This document shows positions 30,171 through 39,714 of a stretch of 64,000 bases of DNA, in pieces. The notes under the pieces were generated by a model. That model was given only the letters and a program-made list of their open reading frames with translations, did not search any database and was not told the origin of the DNA. This stretch comes from Candidatus Latescibacterota bacterium. Lineage in GTDB: Bacteria; Krumholzibacteriota; Krumholzibacteriia; WVZY01; JAKEHA01. Within the stretch, counting starts at the first letter, position 1. The number at the start of each line of letters is the position of its first letter. Both the position numbers and the translations under genes were made by a program. Where the stretch lies: contig OY970173.1 in assembly GCA_963707635.1 (NCBI GenBank), positions 2,681,870 through 2,745,869 on the forward strand, given 5' to 3'.

Positions 30171-31360
30171 GATGCACGCACCACATCGCGATAGATTGCC
30201 GCCAGCCGTTCGCCCTGGCGGCGCGCGTCGAATTCCGCCTCCACGTGGGCGCGCCCGGCCGCGCGCATCTCGGCCCAGCGGGACGGATTGGCGACTAGCC
30301 AGCGCAGGCGCTCCACCAGACCGTCGACGTCCCGCTCAGCGGCGAGCAGCCCGGTCTTGCCGTCTACGATCACACTCGGGATGTCGCAGTGGGTGGTGCT
30401 CACGATCATGAGGCCGGTGGCACTCATTTCGATCAGCGAGACCGGCGCCCCGCCCTCGGTGTCGCCGTCGGACGCGACCACGCTCGGCGAGATGAACAGG
30501 TGGTGGCGGCGCGCTTCCGTCATGACGACCGTGTACGGCTGAAAGCCCAGAAACCGCGTCCGGGAACCCAGGTCGTGGCGCGCGATCGCATCCAGCATCC
30601 GCTGCTTTTCCTGGAGGGTGGCACCGCCGTGCTGGTCGCCGATCACGGTGATCTCCAGCGTCACATCCTGGCTGATCCGTCCCAGCGCCTCCAGCGCGTA
30701 CGCAAACCCCTTCTTCTCCCGGAACACGCCGGAGAGGAGCACGCGCAGCGGCTCGCCGGGCGTCCACGCGAGCGGCGCGAACGGGATCGCCGCCAGGTCG
30801 ATCCCCAGGTGGTGCACGCGGACTTTCGACTCCGGGCACCCCAGCGCGACAATCGACTTCGCCATGTACGGCCCCTCGCACAGCACGGCGTCGACGCGCG
30901 CGAACATCTCCCGGTACCGGTCCCGCCAGCGCGGGTCCTGCGTTGGATAGCGGAGCACGTCGATGCCGTAGAACGTGACGACGTGCGCGAGCCGCAGCCT
31001 GCGGGCGACCTCGAGGTCGCGCCAGCCCGTGAAGCCAAAATGGGAATGCAACACGCGCGCGCCGGTGCGGCGGGCGGTGTCATACAGAAACCAGAGATGG
31101 TTGCGAAGGCGCAGGCGCCGCATCGCCAGGTCCAACACCCGGCGCCAATTCGGATAGTCGAGGAGACAGTGGAGGCGCGGGTAGGGGAACTGTTCGAGGA
31201 AGGCGACCTGCTCGCACGCGACGTGGCTCTCGATGTCCGCCGGGAGGAATCGCACCTGGGTGTAGAGCCAGGTCGCCGTCTGCGGGAGCCACCATTGCAC
31301 CGAGTGGATCACCACCAGCGGTCGGTCTCCGGCGGCGGTGCCGCTGGCCGTCGCGTTCAC
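30167..31360 (-). CDS. GT4 glycosyltransferase (WcaL-like)
   Basis: LHSHFG, FREKKG, PSVVASDGDTEGGAPVSLIEM, HCDIP. Confidence 0.92.
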   Translation of the reverse strand: MNATASGTAAGDRPLVVIHSVQWWLPQTATWLYTQVRFLPADIESHVACEQVAFLEQFPYPRLHCLLDYPNWRRVLDLAMRRLRLRNHLWFLYDTARRTGARVLHSHFGFTGWRDLEVARRLRLAHVVTFYGIDVLRYPTQDPRWRDRYREMFARVDAVLCEGPYMAKSIVALGCPESKVRVHHLGIDLAAIPFAPLAWTPGEPLRVLLSGVFREKKGFAYALEALGRISQDVTLEITVIGDQHGGATLQEKQRMLDAIARHDLGSRTRFLGFQPYTVVMTEARRHHLFISPSVVASDGDTEGGAPVSLIEMSATGLMIVSTTHCDIPSVIVDGKTGLLAAERDVDGLVERLRWLVANPSRWAEMRAAGRAHVEAEFDARRQGERLAAIYRDVVRAS

Positions 31361-31563
31361 CGCGGCGACCCTGCGCAGCGGACCCGGCTCGGTGGGAGGA
31401 AGAGTCGCATAACTCGTTGATAGCTAACACAGTCGATTCGAGGTGGTCAAGCAGCCGATCGCCGCATTGCGGCGAAGTGAAATTGCAGTCGGCGCCGTCC
31501 GTATGCTAAAATCGTGATTGCCGCCCCGTTCCAGCAGTCCCCGCCCCGTCCTTGGAGGACACT

Positions 31564-32868
31564 ATGCGAACTCTCCTCGCGCTCATTGCCGCCGCCTGCG
31601 TGGGCCTCGCCGCCGGGTGCAGCGACGAATCCGTCGCGCCCGACACCGGCCAGACCCCCAACACGGTTCAAGGCACCATTGGTGACTCCGACTTCGAGCT
31701 GACGTTCCAGACCGGTGGTGACCCCGCCAATCCGCTCGATGGGCCCTTCGTCCTGCGCGGGTCGAACGTCCACTACGACGATTCCCTGCACGCGCTCTCC
31801 GTCGACTTGACCGTCACCAACCGCGGTCGCGTGTCGCAACCGGAGCCGATCGGCCTCACCTTCATCAAGCTCTATCCCGACGGCGTGACGGTGCTCAACC
31901 CGGACAACGGGGTGAGCGGCAACGGCGCGGCGATCGTGTTCGTATTCGCCAACGACGACGCGTTCTGGACCCCCGGCGAACGCAGCCTGCCGCGCACCGT
32001 GCAGTTCGGAGTCGACCCCGGCGTGTCGATTGGGTTCGTCGCGCGCCTCGATATCGGCTCGCCCGCCGTGGGCGGAACCATCGCCGGCCGGGTATGGCAC
32101 GACGCGAACGAGGACGGGATCGCCGATCCCGGCGAGGAAGGGCTGCCGGGCGTGCTCATCACGCTGCGGAGCATCGGCGACGGCCCAAGCACGCACGTGA
32201 CACCGGAGCGGTGGCGCGCGCGGACCGATTCCGACGGACACTATGAGTTCCACGGTCTCGCGCCCGACGTTTACATCGTGTCGAAAGTGCTCGCCACTCC
32301 GTATTTCCGCCCGACGACGCCAACCGAGATCACCGTCGTGCTCACCATGCACGACGGCGTGGTGTCGGACTTCCTCGGAGCGGATTTCGGATGCGTGCCG
32401 ATGACGCCCCCACCGATCGAGATCGGCGCGTACGTGGAGACGAAGGGGAAGTTCGAGCCATTGCCGGGGCCACACCTTGTGGCCACGGAGATCCACGTGT
32501 CCGAGTGCGGCAACGATACGATTCCGGGCCCGCTCGATCCTCCCGACCTCGGATGCAACGGTGGTGTGTTACGCGGCGTGGTCACCGATATAAACCGTGA
32601 CCAGCACCGCGTCTGGGTCATGGGCACGCCGATCTACTTCCGCGAGATCCCCGTCGGCCTCTATCCCGGCCAGCGCATCGAAGTGCGCGTCATGCAGCCC
32701 GGCAACGTGGGCGCGTGGACGGCGGTGGAGTGGCACCTGTGGGATGGTGAATTCGACGGAGTCGACGGCCGCGTCCAGAACATCGCCACGGATGAGAACG
32801 GCGTGCTGCGCATCCTCGTGGTCGACACGTGGGTCATCCCAGCGCAGGTCGTCCCGATGCGCAGCTAA
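31564..32868 (+). CDS. Lipoprotein with SdrD-B-like domain and C-terminal beta domain
   Basis: Lipobox LAAGC; GTIAGRVWHDANEDG..GEEGLPGV..TDSDGHYEF; GGAGG RBS. Confidence 0.8.
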   Translation: MRTLLALIAAACVGLAAGCSDESVAPDTGQTPNTVQGTIGDSDFELTFQTGGDPANPLDGPFVLRGSNVHYDDSLHALSVDLTVTNRGRVSQPEPIGLTFIKLYPDGVTVLNPDNGVSGNGAAIVFVFANDDAFWTPGERSLPRTVQFGVDPGVSIGFVARLDIGSPAVGGTIAGRVWHDANEDGIADPGEEGLPGVLITLRSIGDGPSTHVTPERWRARTDSDGHYEFHGLAPDVYIVSKVLATPYFRPTTPTEITVVLTMHDGVVSDFLGADFGCVPMTPPPIEIGAYVETKGKFEPLPGPHLVATEIHVSECGNDTIPGPLDPPDLGCNGGVLRGVVTDINRDQHRVWVMGTPIYFREIPVGLYPGQRIEVRVMQPGNVGAWTAVEWHLWDGEFDGVDGRVQNIATDENGVLRILVVDTWVIPAQVVPMRS

Positions 32869-33015
32869 CCGGCGGACGTGATGTCAATCAACGGCATAGA
32901 TGTATCCAAGAGGGCGCAAGGCGCCCCATGGGAGAACGGCGTTTCGGATCATGGCGTCGGTATGCTATGATTGGCCACGAAACCGCTCCCCGATCAACAA
33001 GACGGAGGCTCCATC

Positions 33016-33981
33016 ATGCGAAGAATTCCAGCAGTCCTGATCCTTGGGCTGGTTGCGCTACTCGCCCAGTTCGGCTGCAGCGACAACCCATCCACTCCGG
33101 CCGGAACGTCGGCCGATACCCAGATTCAAGGTGAAATCGGCGCAGGCGATTTCGAGATCAGCGTCAACGCCGTATCTGGAAGCGGACGAAGCCTGGAGGG
33201 CCGGTTCGTCGTGCGCGGCAGCAACGTCCATTACGTCGACAGCCTCAGCGCGCTGGTAGCGGATCTGACCGTGCTCAACCAGAGCCGCGCCTCGTTCCCC
33301 GAGCCGGTGACGTTGACCTTTGTCGACCTCATTCCCGACTCGGTCACGGTGCAGAATCCCGACAACGGGATCAACGGCGACGGCGCCGCGATCAACTTCC
33401 TGTTTGCAGACGACGACGGCATGTGGACTCCGGGGGAGGAAAGCCTTCCGCGGACGGTCCAGTTCGGCGTTCCCAGCGGCGTGTCGATCGGCTTCGTGGC
33501 GCGGCTGAGCGTGGGCGAGGGACAGTCCGCCGGCCTCGGCACGATCGGCGGCATGGTCTGGAACGACGCCAACGAGAACGGCGCCATGGACGAGGGCGAA
33601 GCGGGCATAGCGGGTGCGCGCATCTTCCTCAGCAGCTTCTCCGCCGCCAGCCCCGCCGCCCTTACCGGACGCGGCCGTGGTGACGGCCACCACGGCGACG
33701 GCGATGGCGACGATGACGACGACGAAGGCGAAGACGGCGACAACGACGGGAACACCATCGGTGCCCGCACGGTCCGTACCGGCGAGGACGGCCGCTACGC
33801 GTTCGAAAGAGTACCGGCCGGCGCGTATATCGTGACCAAAGGGCCGTCGCGCGCCATGACCCCGACGACCCCGGTACGGATCTACGTGATCCTCACCGAG
33901 ACCAACGGCGAAGTGGCCGACTTCCTGAGCGCGAACTTCGGATGCATTCCGACGCCAATGCCGGAGCCGAACCGCCGATAG
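33016..33981 (+). CDS. Lipoprotein with SdrD-B-like domain, paralog of upstream gene
   Basis: Lipobox QFGC; GTIGGMVWNDANENG..GEAGIAG..TGEDGRYAF; GGAGG RBS. Confidence 0.8.
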   Translation: MRRIPAVLILGLVALLAQFGCSDNPSTPAGTSADTQIQGEIGAGDFEISVNAVSGSGRSLEGRFVVRGSNVHYVDSLSALVADLTVLNQSRASFPEPVTLTFVDLIPDSVTVQNPDNGINGDGAAINFLFADDDGMWTPGEESLPRTVQFGVPSGVSIGFVARLSVGEGQSAGLGTIGGMVWNDANENGAMDEGEAGIAGARIFLSSFSAASPAALTGRGRGDGHHGDGDGDDDDDEGEDGDNDGNTIGARTVRTGEDGRYAFERVPAGAYIVTKGPSRAMTPTTPVRIYVILTETNGEVADFLSANFGCIPTPMPEPNRR

Positions 33982-34000
33982 GCGAGAAGGAATAGCAGTG

Positions 34001-34040
34001 AAAAGAAGGGCCCGTCGCTAACGGCGACGGGCCCTTTTTC
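34001..34040. terminator. Bidirectional terminator
   Basis: AAGGGCCCGTCGC/GCGACGGGCCCTT stem with A-rich and T-rich flanks. Confidence 0.85.
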
Positions 34041-34046
34041 TACGAA

Positions 34047-34076
34047 TGGCGGGGCGAACGAGACCTAACTCGAACC
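34047..34076 (-). repeat. Degenerate copy of the tRNA-Asp 3' end (att-like site)
   Basis: TGGCGGGGCGAACGAGACCTAACTCGAAC versus TGGCGGGGCCGACGAGACTCGAACTC at 35268. Confidence 0.65.
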
Positions 34077-34137
34077 GCCTGGACGTTGATTAGGCGTCTA
34101 TTGGGCAGCTGACTACCTTCCTACCAGCACGGCGTCA

Positions 34138-35178
34138 TCAATGCGATGTGTCCCCCGAGCTCCGGATCCTGTGCCCAATCGCGCGCTCTCGGAGATAGCG
34201 ACCAGAGACAGAAGAGTCGTGGGTCTCCACCCAGAGCTTCTGTGTCATGAACAAGTAGTTGTCCATTAGCTCTGGGAATCGATCCAGGGCCTCGTCGTAG
34301 ATCTTGATTGCTTCGGACCTGTCACCGGCCAGATTGAGAGCATTCGCACGATGGAACTGAATCTCCTCGGGTCTGAAGTTGGGATACTGGTTCGCAAGCG
34401 CGGTCAACATCGCGATGCCCTCGCGTGCGCTCGACACGTCGGATTGATACGCCAAAGTTCGAGCCAGAGTTAGTTTCACGTAGCGGATCAAGGGTGATGT
34501 GCTGTATTTTCCGATTGCCGCACGTAGCTTCCCCTCATCGCTCTTGGCATGCGTTGCAAAGTCACCACACAACAAGACGAATCGATCACCAGACCAAACG
34601 GCATCGAAAACGGATGACTCGTCCTCACTCGGCTGTCGCACGTGGAGCTCAAAACTGCTCGAAAACAAGATGCCGTCGTCGGGTCTCCAAAGAAGGCGTT
34701 GCGTCGACTCAACACAGTAAGCGACTCTCACGCGGTATGTGCCCGGCTTATCGAACGTGAAACGAGCGCCCTTCTTGCCTTGCGTTTCCGACGGAGGCCC
34801 GCACCAGTAGGTCATGTAGGGGTACAATGATAATATGAGATGCGCGCCTGGTGGCAACGGTTCCCCCATCTGACCAAGTCCCGGCGCCTCCACGTAGAAA
34901 ACAACCAGAAACTTTCGCCATTCCACTGCTCCGTCGGGCCGCGTGATCTCGAAAAACATGTGCTTCATGTGATTGCCGAGCTCGTTAATCGGAAAGATGC
35001 GAATTGTGTCGGGCGTTTCGTTACGAATCTGAGCACAGACTTTGACTGGCTCACGAACAACATAGTCCGTCGTATCGGACCAGGCGGTCATAACAACGGC
35101 GGCGTGCGCATCGATCACGCGCAAGGCAATACCGAGGACAAGGAGAAAAGCCACTGTGCGACGAGTGCGGGTTCGCAT
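34138..35178 (-). CDS. Secreted hypothetical protein with TPR-like C-terminus, in a lower-GC islet
   Basis: Signal-peptide-like start (VAFLLVLGIALRVIDAHA); helical repeat-like end (RANALNLAGDRSEAIKIYDEAL); start approximate. Confidence 0.7.
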   Translation of the reverse strand: MRTRTRRTVAFLLVLGIALRVIDAHAAVVMTAWSDTTDYVVREPVKVCAQIRNETPDTIRIFPINELGNHMKHMFFEITRPDGAVEWRKFLVVFYVEAPGLGQMGEPLPPGAHLILSLYPYMTYWCGPPSETQGKKGARFTFDKPGTYRVRVAYCVESTQRLLWRPDDGILFSSSFELHVRQPSEDESSVFDAVWSGDRFVLLCGDFATHAKSDEGKLRAAIGKYSTSPLIRYVKLTLARTLAYQSDVSSAREGIAMLTALANQYPNFRPEEIQFHRANALNLAGDRSEAIKIYDEALDRFPELMDNYLFMTQKLWVETHDSSVSGRYLRERAIGHRIRSSGDTSH

Positions 35179-35221
35179 CAGTAGGATGATAGCTCTTGCA
35201 TCGCCAAGAGTTCGATAAATT

Positions 35222-35258
35222 GAAATGCCCCCCAACACAAGTTGTTGGAGGGCATTTC
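35222..35258. terminator. Hairpin downstream of tRNA-Asp (probable terminator)
   Basis: GAAATGCCC.CCAACA/TGTTGG.GGGCATTTC inverted repeat. Confidence 0.55.
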
Positions 35259-35267
35259 TTTAGATGA

Positions 35268-35344
35268 TGGCGGGGCCGACGAGACTCGAACTCGCGACCT
35301 CCTGCGTGACAGGCAGGCGTTCTAACCAACTGAACTACGGCCCC
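35268..35344 (-). tRNA. tRNA-Asp(GTC)
   Basis: GGGGCCGTAGTTCAGTTGGTTAGAACGCCTGCCTGTCACGCAGGAGGTCGCGAGTTCGAGTCTCGTCGGCCCCGCCA; cloverleaf, encoded CCA. Confidence 0.97.
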
Positions 35345-35388
35345 GATCCGACAAACGAGCCTCCCGGAGGAGGCTCATTCGGGGCACG

Positions 35389-35417
35389 AACGTAGCACCG
35401 GCACGGGCCGGTGTCAA
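35389..35417 (-). promoter_or_regulatory. Sigma70-type promoter of tRNA-Asp
   Basis: TTGACA, 17 nt spacer, TACGTT on minus strand. Confidence 0.6.
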
Positions 35418-35457
35418 TCCCCTACCGCAATAATTGACAATATCTTATGAGGTTCGG

Positions 35458-37251
35458 TCAGGTGCGCTTGGGGAGGAGCCCCGTCAGCGAGCCCGTCGGC
35501 GTTGCGGCGCCGGAAAGCACCTGCGCCACGGCGGACGCCACCTGCGTCGACGCGCCGAGTGACACGAGCACCGGTGTCCCTTCTGGAATCCAGTCGTCGG
35601 CGACCCATCCGGTCAGCACGACGGCAACCGGGCGCACGGTCTCGGCGAAGGACGTCAACCCGAGCGCGAATTCTTCCGACGGCAATCCGCGCGCGGAGAG
35701 GACGAAGATGGTTCGTTCCGTCTCGACCGTGTCGAGCGGGTTCGACGCCCCGGGAAAACGCGCGGCGTCCACCACGGTCGCGCGCTCGCGCTGCAGCACC
35801 GGGCGCAACCGCCCGTCGGCGTCGGTCTCGAATCCGACCACCAGCGGAGCGCGCAGCCAGCGCGGAAAGTGCCGGCACACGACGTCGAGGAACCCGGAGA
35901 CGTCCTGTCGCTTGAGAGATTCGCCCGCCGCCCATTCGATCGGCACGACCGTGCAGGTCGAGTCGGTTTCGAGTCCCTCGAAGCGCTCCCAGTTCGACCA
36001 CGGGGTGAGCGCGGCCTCCGCCACCGTCCGATACACCGCCGGCACCGATGGATACGACGTGAGCTCGATCACCTTCCCGCCCCCGGAGGGGCGGATCGCC
36101 GGCTTCGGTTCCGCCGCGCGCGCCCGAAGTGCGGCCACGCGCGCGAACGACGCGTCGAGGATCGCCAGCACGTTGCGCAGCGGCTCGCTCTCGGCGGCTG
36201 CCTCCGCGAGCTTCTCGTCGATGCGCGCCCGGTCCACGATCTTCTCCAGGGTGCGCACGATGGTTTCCATCACGTTGAGCGACATGACCGGCTCGCCGCC
36301 GGGCTCGACCTGGACCTGCTCCGGTATGGGGCGGGTATGGAGGAGCAGGTCCGCGCCCGCCAGGAGCGAGCGTTCGTTCCCGCCGGACACCATGCCGGAG
36401 CGCTCCGAGGCGTACCAGCGGGCCCCCGCCATTTCGAGCGCGTCCGTGATCACCACGCCCTCGTATCCCAGCTCGGCGCGGAGCATCGTGCGCACGATGC
36501 GGCTGTCGAAGCTCGCCGGCACCAGCCCCTCGCGCCCCATCGGATAGGCGACGTGCGACATCATCATCATGTCGACCCCCGCAGCGACGGCGCGCCGGAA
36601 CGGGATCAGGTCCGCGGCGAACAGGTCCTCGGCGGACTTGCGCACCTCCGGCAGCGTCTCGTGCGAATCCTCGGCCGTCGACCCGTGCCCGGGGAAGTGC
36701 TTCGCGCACGAGAGCACGCCCGCGCTGCGAAATCCCGCGATCGTCTGCTCGACGAAGGCGGCAACGCGTTCGGGGTCCGCGCCGAACGTGCGCAGCCCCG
36801 TGATCGCGCTGCCGCGCTCGAAGTAGCAATCCGCCACCGGCGCCAGCACGGTGTTGACCCCGAGCTTGCGCATCGCCAGGCCGGTCTCGCGCGCGACTTC
36901 GGCGGCCAGGTCCAGGTCGCCGGTGGCCGCGATGGCCAGCGCCGCCGGGGGCGCGCCGATGATCTGCCGCAACTCCGCCACGAAGTCCCCCTCGTGGTCC
37001 GCCATGACGAACGGCGTGAGCCCCTCTTTCGATAGCTCTTCGCTCACGGAGCCGACCAGGTCGCTCAGCTGGGAGAGGCTCTCGATGTTGCGGGCGAAGA
37101 GGATGATCCCCGACACGCTGTGGAATTCCAGGTACTTCTTCTCGTGCGGAAGCAGGCGCGCGCCGGTGAGCGCGATCACCTTGTGCCGCTCCATTTTCCG
37201 AATCAGATGGAAGCGGATCTCCGGTGTGAGAACGTCGTTTTCGCGATTCAT
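35458..37251 (-). CDS. nagZ: GH3 beta-N-acetylhexosaminidase (NagZ-like) with C-terminal extension
   Basis: GIILFARNI, ADHEG, LAPVAD, KHFPGHGSTAEDSH, ITDALEM; no signal peptide. Confidence 0.88.
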   Translation of the reverse strand: MNRENDVLTPEIRFHLIRKMERHKVIALTGARLLPHEKKYLEFHSVSGIILFARNIESLSQLSDLVGSVSEELSKEGLTPFVMADHEGDFVAELRQIIGAPPAALAIAATGDLDLAAEVARETGLAMRKLGVNTVLAPVADCYFERGSAITGLRTFGADPERVAAFVEQTIAGFRSAGVLSCAKHFPGHGSTAEDSHETLPEVRKSAEDLFAADLIPFRRAVAAGVDMMMMSHVAYPMGREGLVPASFDSRIVRTMLRAELGYEGVVITDALEMAGARWYASERSGMVSGGNERSLLAGADLLLHTRPIPEQVQVEPGGEPVMSLNVMETIVRTLEKIVDRARIDEKLAEAAAESEPLRNVLAILDASFARVAALRARAAEPKPAIRPSGGGKVIELTSYPSVPAVYRTVAEAALTPWSNWERFEGLETDSTCTVVPIEWAAGESLKRQDVSGFLDVVCRHFPRWLRAPLVVGFETDADGRLRPVLQRERATVVDAARFPGASNPLDTVETERTIFVLSARGLPSEEFALGLTSFAETVRPVAVVLTGWVADDWIPEGTPVLVSLGASTQVASAVAQVLSGAATPTGSLTGLLPKRT

Positions 37252-37256
37252 GCGGT

Positions 37257-38519
37257 TTAGTACCCCGCCCGCGGCTCGGCCCCGGGATAGTAGTGCTCGA
37301 GAATCATCGCGTACGAATAGCCGCGCTTCGCCATGCCGATGGCCCCGTTCTGACACATCCCCACTCCATGCCCGTTGCCGCCGCCGAAGAAGCTGATCCA
37401 GCCCACGCGACCCTCGGTCATGCGTTTCTCGACGTCGAACAAGGTGCTTGGCAGGATCTTGCCGTTGGCAACGTCGAGCATGATCACTCTCCGGATGCGG
37501 TCCCTCTCCACCACAAAGGTGCCGTTCGACGTCTCGATCTCGAGACGGGTGACGCGCCCGGACGCGCTGCGTTCCAGCACGCGCAGGTCGACCAGGTCGC
37601 CGACCGAGGCCGCCGGCACGCCCAGCACGGCGGGAATCGTCTGCCGAATCGTCCGGCCCAGCGCGAGTCCCGTGAACGAGTTGCGCCACCGGAAGTTTCG
37701 CGCCGCCGCGCAGAACGACGCGCCGTCGGCGCCGTCGCGATCCAGGCAGCCGAAGAGATACGGCGCGCTGGGACGGTCGGGCCAGACCTGACGAATGTCG
37801 GAGGTGTGGCCCCCGCAGGTGGCGCTGTAGTAGGTGTCGCACAGGCGCCCGCTGAAGCGCAGCGCCACCCCGCGCGTGTCGCGGACCGCCGCCGACGCCA
37901 GCCGGCTCTGTTTCTCCCGGCCGCGGTAGACCTGGTCCGCCACGCCCGCTTCCACGTCGAAGGGTTCGTCGCGATGGAGCGCCATGCGCGAGAGCGCGTA
38001 CGTGCGCGCCGCGACGGCCTGGGCCTCGACGGCGGCGTACCCGTCGGCGCCGGGCTCCCCGATCTCGTGCGGGACCACGCCCTCGAGGTACGTCTCGAGC
38101 GGCACCAGGTTGACGAGGTCCAGGTTCCCGCTCGCATTCAGAGCGACGCGAATCCGCCCGGAGTACCAGACTCCGCCCGCGGAAAGCGCCGCGTCGCCGG
38201 TCGGTTCGATCGTGATCGCGCCGTCGGTCTCCGCGTTCTGCTCCCCGCCTCCGGTGCGAATCTCGAGCGCGCGGCCGCTGCGCTCGATCGCGATGGTTCC
38301 GCCGCGGTTGCTCGCGAGCAGGATGGCGCCGTCCTCGCCGACGGCGCGATACGCGCCCGTCGTCGCGATCGTGGCCGCGGCGCCGGTCGACAGCACCAGC
38401 ACGCGAATCGTGGGCTCCGGACCCGTCCTGGCGCCGGGGCTCGCGGTCTCGCGCGTGCTCGCGCACGCCGTGACGACGGCGAGCGCTGCCGTTGCCATGA
38501 TGCCTTGGAGACGTGTCAT
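37257..38519 (-). CDS. SpoIID/LytB-domain lytic transglycosylase, probable lipoprotein
   Basis: VNLVPLETYLEGVVPHE, AQAVAARTYA, DQVY, YYSATCGG, GNGHGVGMCQ.GA, ILEHYYPG; lipobox VTAC. Confidence 0.92.
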   Translation of the reverse strand: MTRLQGIMATAALAVVTACASTRETASPGARTGPEPTIRVLVLSTGAAATIATTGAYRAVGEDGAILLASNRGGTIAIERSGRALEIRTGGGEQNAETDGAITIEPTGDAALSAGGVWYSGRIRVALNASGNLDLVNLVPLETYLEGVVPHEIGEPGADGYAAVEAQAVAARTYALSRMALHRDEPFDVEAGVADQVYRGREKQSRLASAAVRDTRGVALRFSGRLCDTYYSATCGGHTSDIRQVWPDRPSAPYLFGCLDRDGADGASFCAAARNFRWRNSFTGLALGRTIRQTIPAVLGVPAASVGDLVDLRVLERSASGRVTRLEIETSNGTFVVERDRIRRVIMLDVANGKILPSTLFDVEKRMTEGRVGWISFFGGGNGHGVGMCQNGAIGMAKRGYSYAMILEHYYPGAEPRAGY

Positions 38520-38520
38520 C

Positions 38521-39702
38521 TCATCCTCGTGCGATCGAACCCAGCACCAGCTCGCGCGACGCACCGGTCACCGACCGGATAACGTTCGTCCGGCCCAGCA
38601 GTGCCTCGCGGGCCAGGAATGCAAAATCGACCGCTTCCTTCGCGTCGGCCGGAATCCCGAGGTCGTCGATCGGGCGCACCGCGACTCCGGCGAGCGCGTC
38701 GTCCAGGAGCGCCATCATCGCACGATTTCGGGAACCACCGCCGGTCACGAACACCTCGTCCACACCGCCCGCGGGCAGAAAACGCGCGACCGCGTCCGCG
38801 ATCGCCGCCACCGTGAGCGACGCGGCGGTCGCCATCACGTCCTCGCGCGAGAGGTCCCGCGCCTCGGCCGTGGTCTTGAGCGTCCACGCGAACGCCGGTC
38901 CGAATTCGCGATGCCCCGCCGACTTCGGCGGCACCGCCGCGAAGAACGGGTGGCGCATCGCCTGGTCGCGCACCTCGGCCGACACCGTCCCGGCGCTGGC
39001 CCGCAGTCCGTCTTCGTCATAGTCCCCGCCACCCGGGAACAACGCCCGAAACAGAACGTCGCTCACCATGTTGCCCGGCCCCGCGTCGAAGGCGATCACG
39101 TCGTCGCGGCCGCCCCCGCGCGGGAGATAGGTGAGATTCGAGATGCCGCCGATATTGAGAATCACGCGGCCTGCGTCCCCGCCGCGCAGCATGAAATCGC
39201 AGTAGGGCGCGAGTGGCGCTCCCTGGCCGCCGATCGCGACGTCGCCGCTGCGAAAGTCCCCCACCGTGGTGACACCGGTGAGCGCGGCCACCATCGACGG
39301 CGGGCCGAGCTGCAGCGTGCCGGCGACTTCGATGCCGCTGCCCGGCGGAACGTGCGCCACCGTCTGCCCGTGCGAGCCGATAAAGTCCACCGCCCCCGCG
39401 CGCGCCTTGCCGCGGCGCGACACGTCGAAGAACGCGCTCGCGAACGCCACCGCCACCCCGGTCTGCAGCGCGGCGACCTCTTCCGCCGTGACCTGCGCCC
39501 CGCCCGCCAGGTCGGCGAGGGTCTCGCGAAGTTCGTCGGGGTACGGGCGCGAGACGAACTCGATCAGCTCGATTGCCGGACGCGGCGCCTCCGCGTCCAT
39601 CGACACCAACGCCGCATCCACGCCGTCCATCGACGTCCCCGACATCAGCCCGACCGCGGTGACGCGGCGTTTCCCGGACAACGATGACCACGCGTTCGTC
39701 AT
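38521..39702 (-). CDS. anmK: Anhydro-N-acetylmuramic acid kinase
   Basis: GLMSGTSMDGVD, GSHGQT, GGQGAPL, NIGGISN, FDAGPGN, KEAVDFA. Confidence 0.96.
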   Translation of the reverse strand: MTNAWSSLSGKRRVTAVGLMSGTSMDGVDAALVSMDAEAPRPAIELIEFVSRPYPDELRETLADLAGGAQVTAEEVAALQTGVAVAFASAFFDVSRRGKARAGAVDFIGSHGQTVAHVPPGSGIEVAGTLQLGPPSMVAALTGVTTVGDFRSGDVAIGGQGAPLAPYCDFMLRGGDAGRVILNIGGISNLTYLPRGGGRDDVIAFDAGPGNMVSDVLFRALFPGGGDYDEDGLRASAGTVSAEVRDQAMRHPFFAAVPPKSAGHREFGPAFAWTLKTTAEARDLSREDVMATAASLTVAAIADAVARFLPAGGVDEVFVTGGGSRNRAMMALLDDALAGVAVRPIDDLGIPADAKEAVDFAFLAREALLGRTNVIRSVTGASRELVLGSIARG

Positions 39703-39714
39703 TGGACTCGTCGG

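Noticed and set aside
15600-33750. Shared GDGDDDDDEGE string in the zinc-finger microprotein and the second lipoprotein
   Set aside because: Low-complexity GAC repeats; similarity is expected by chance.
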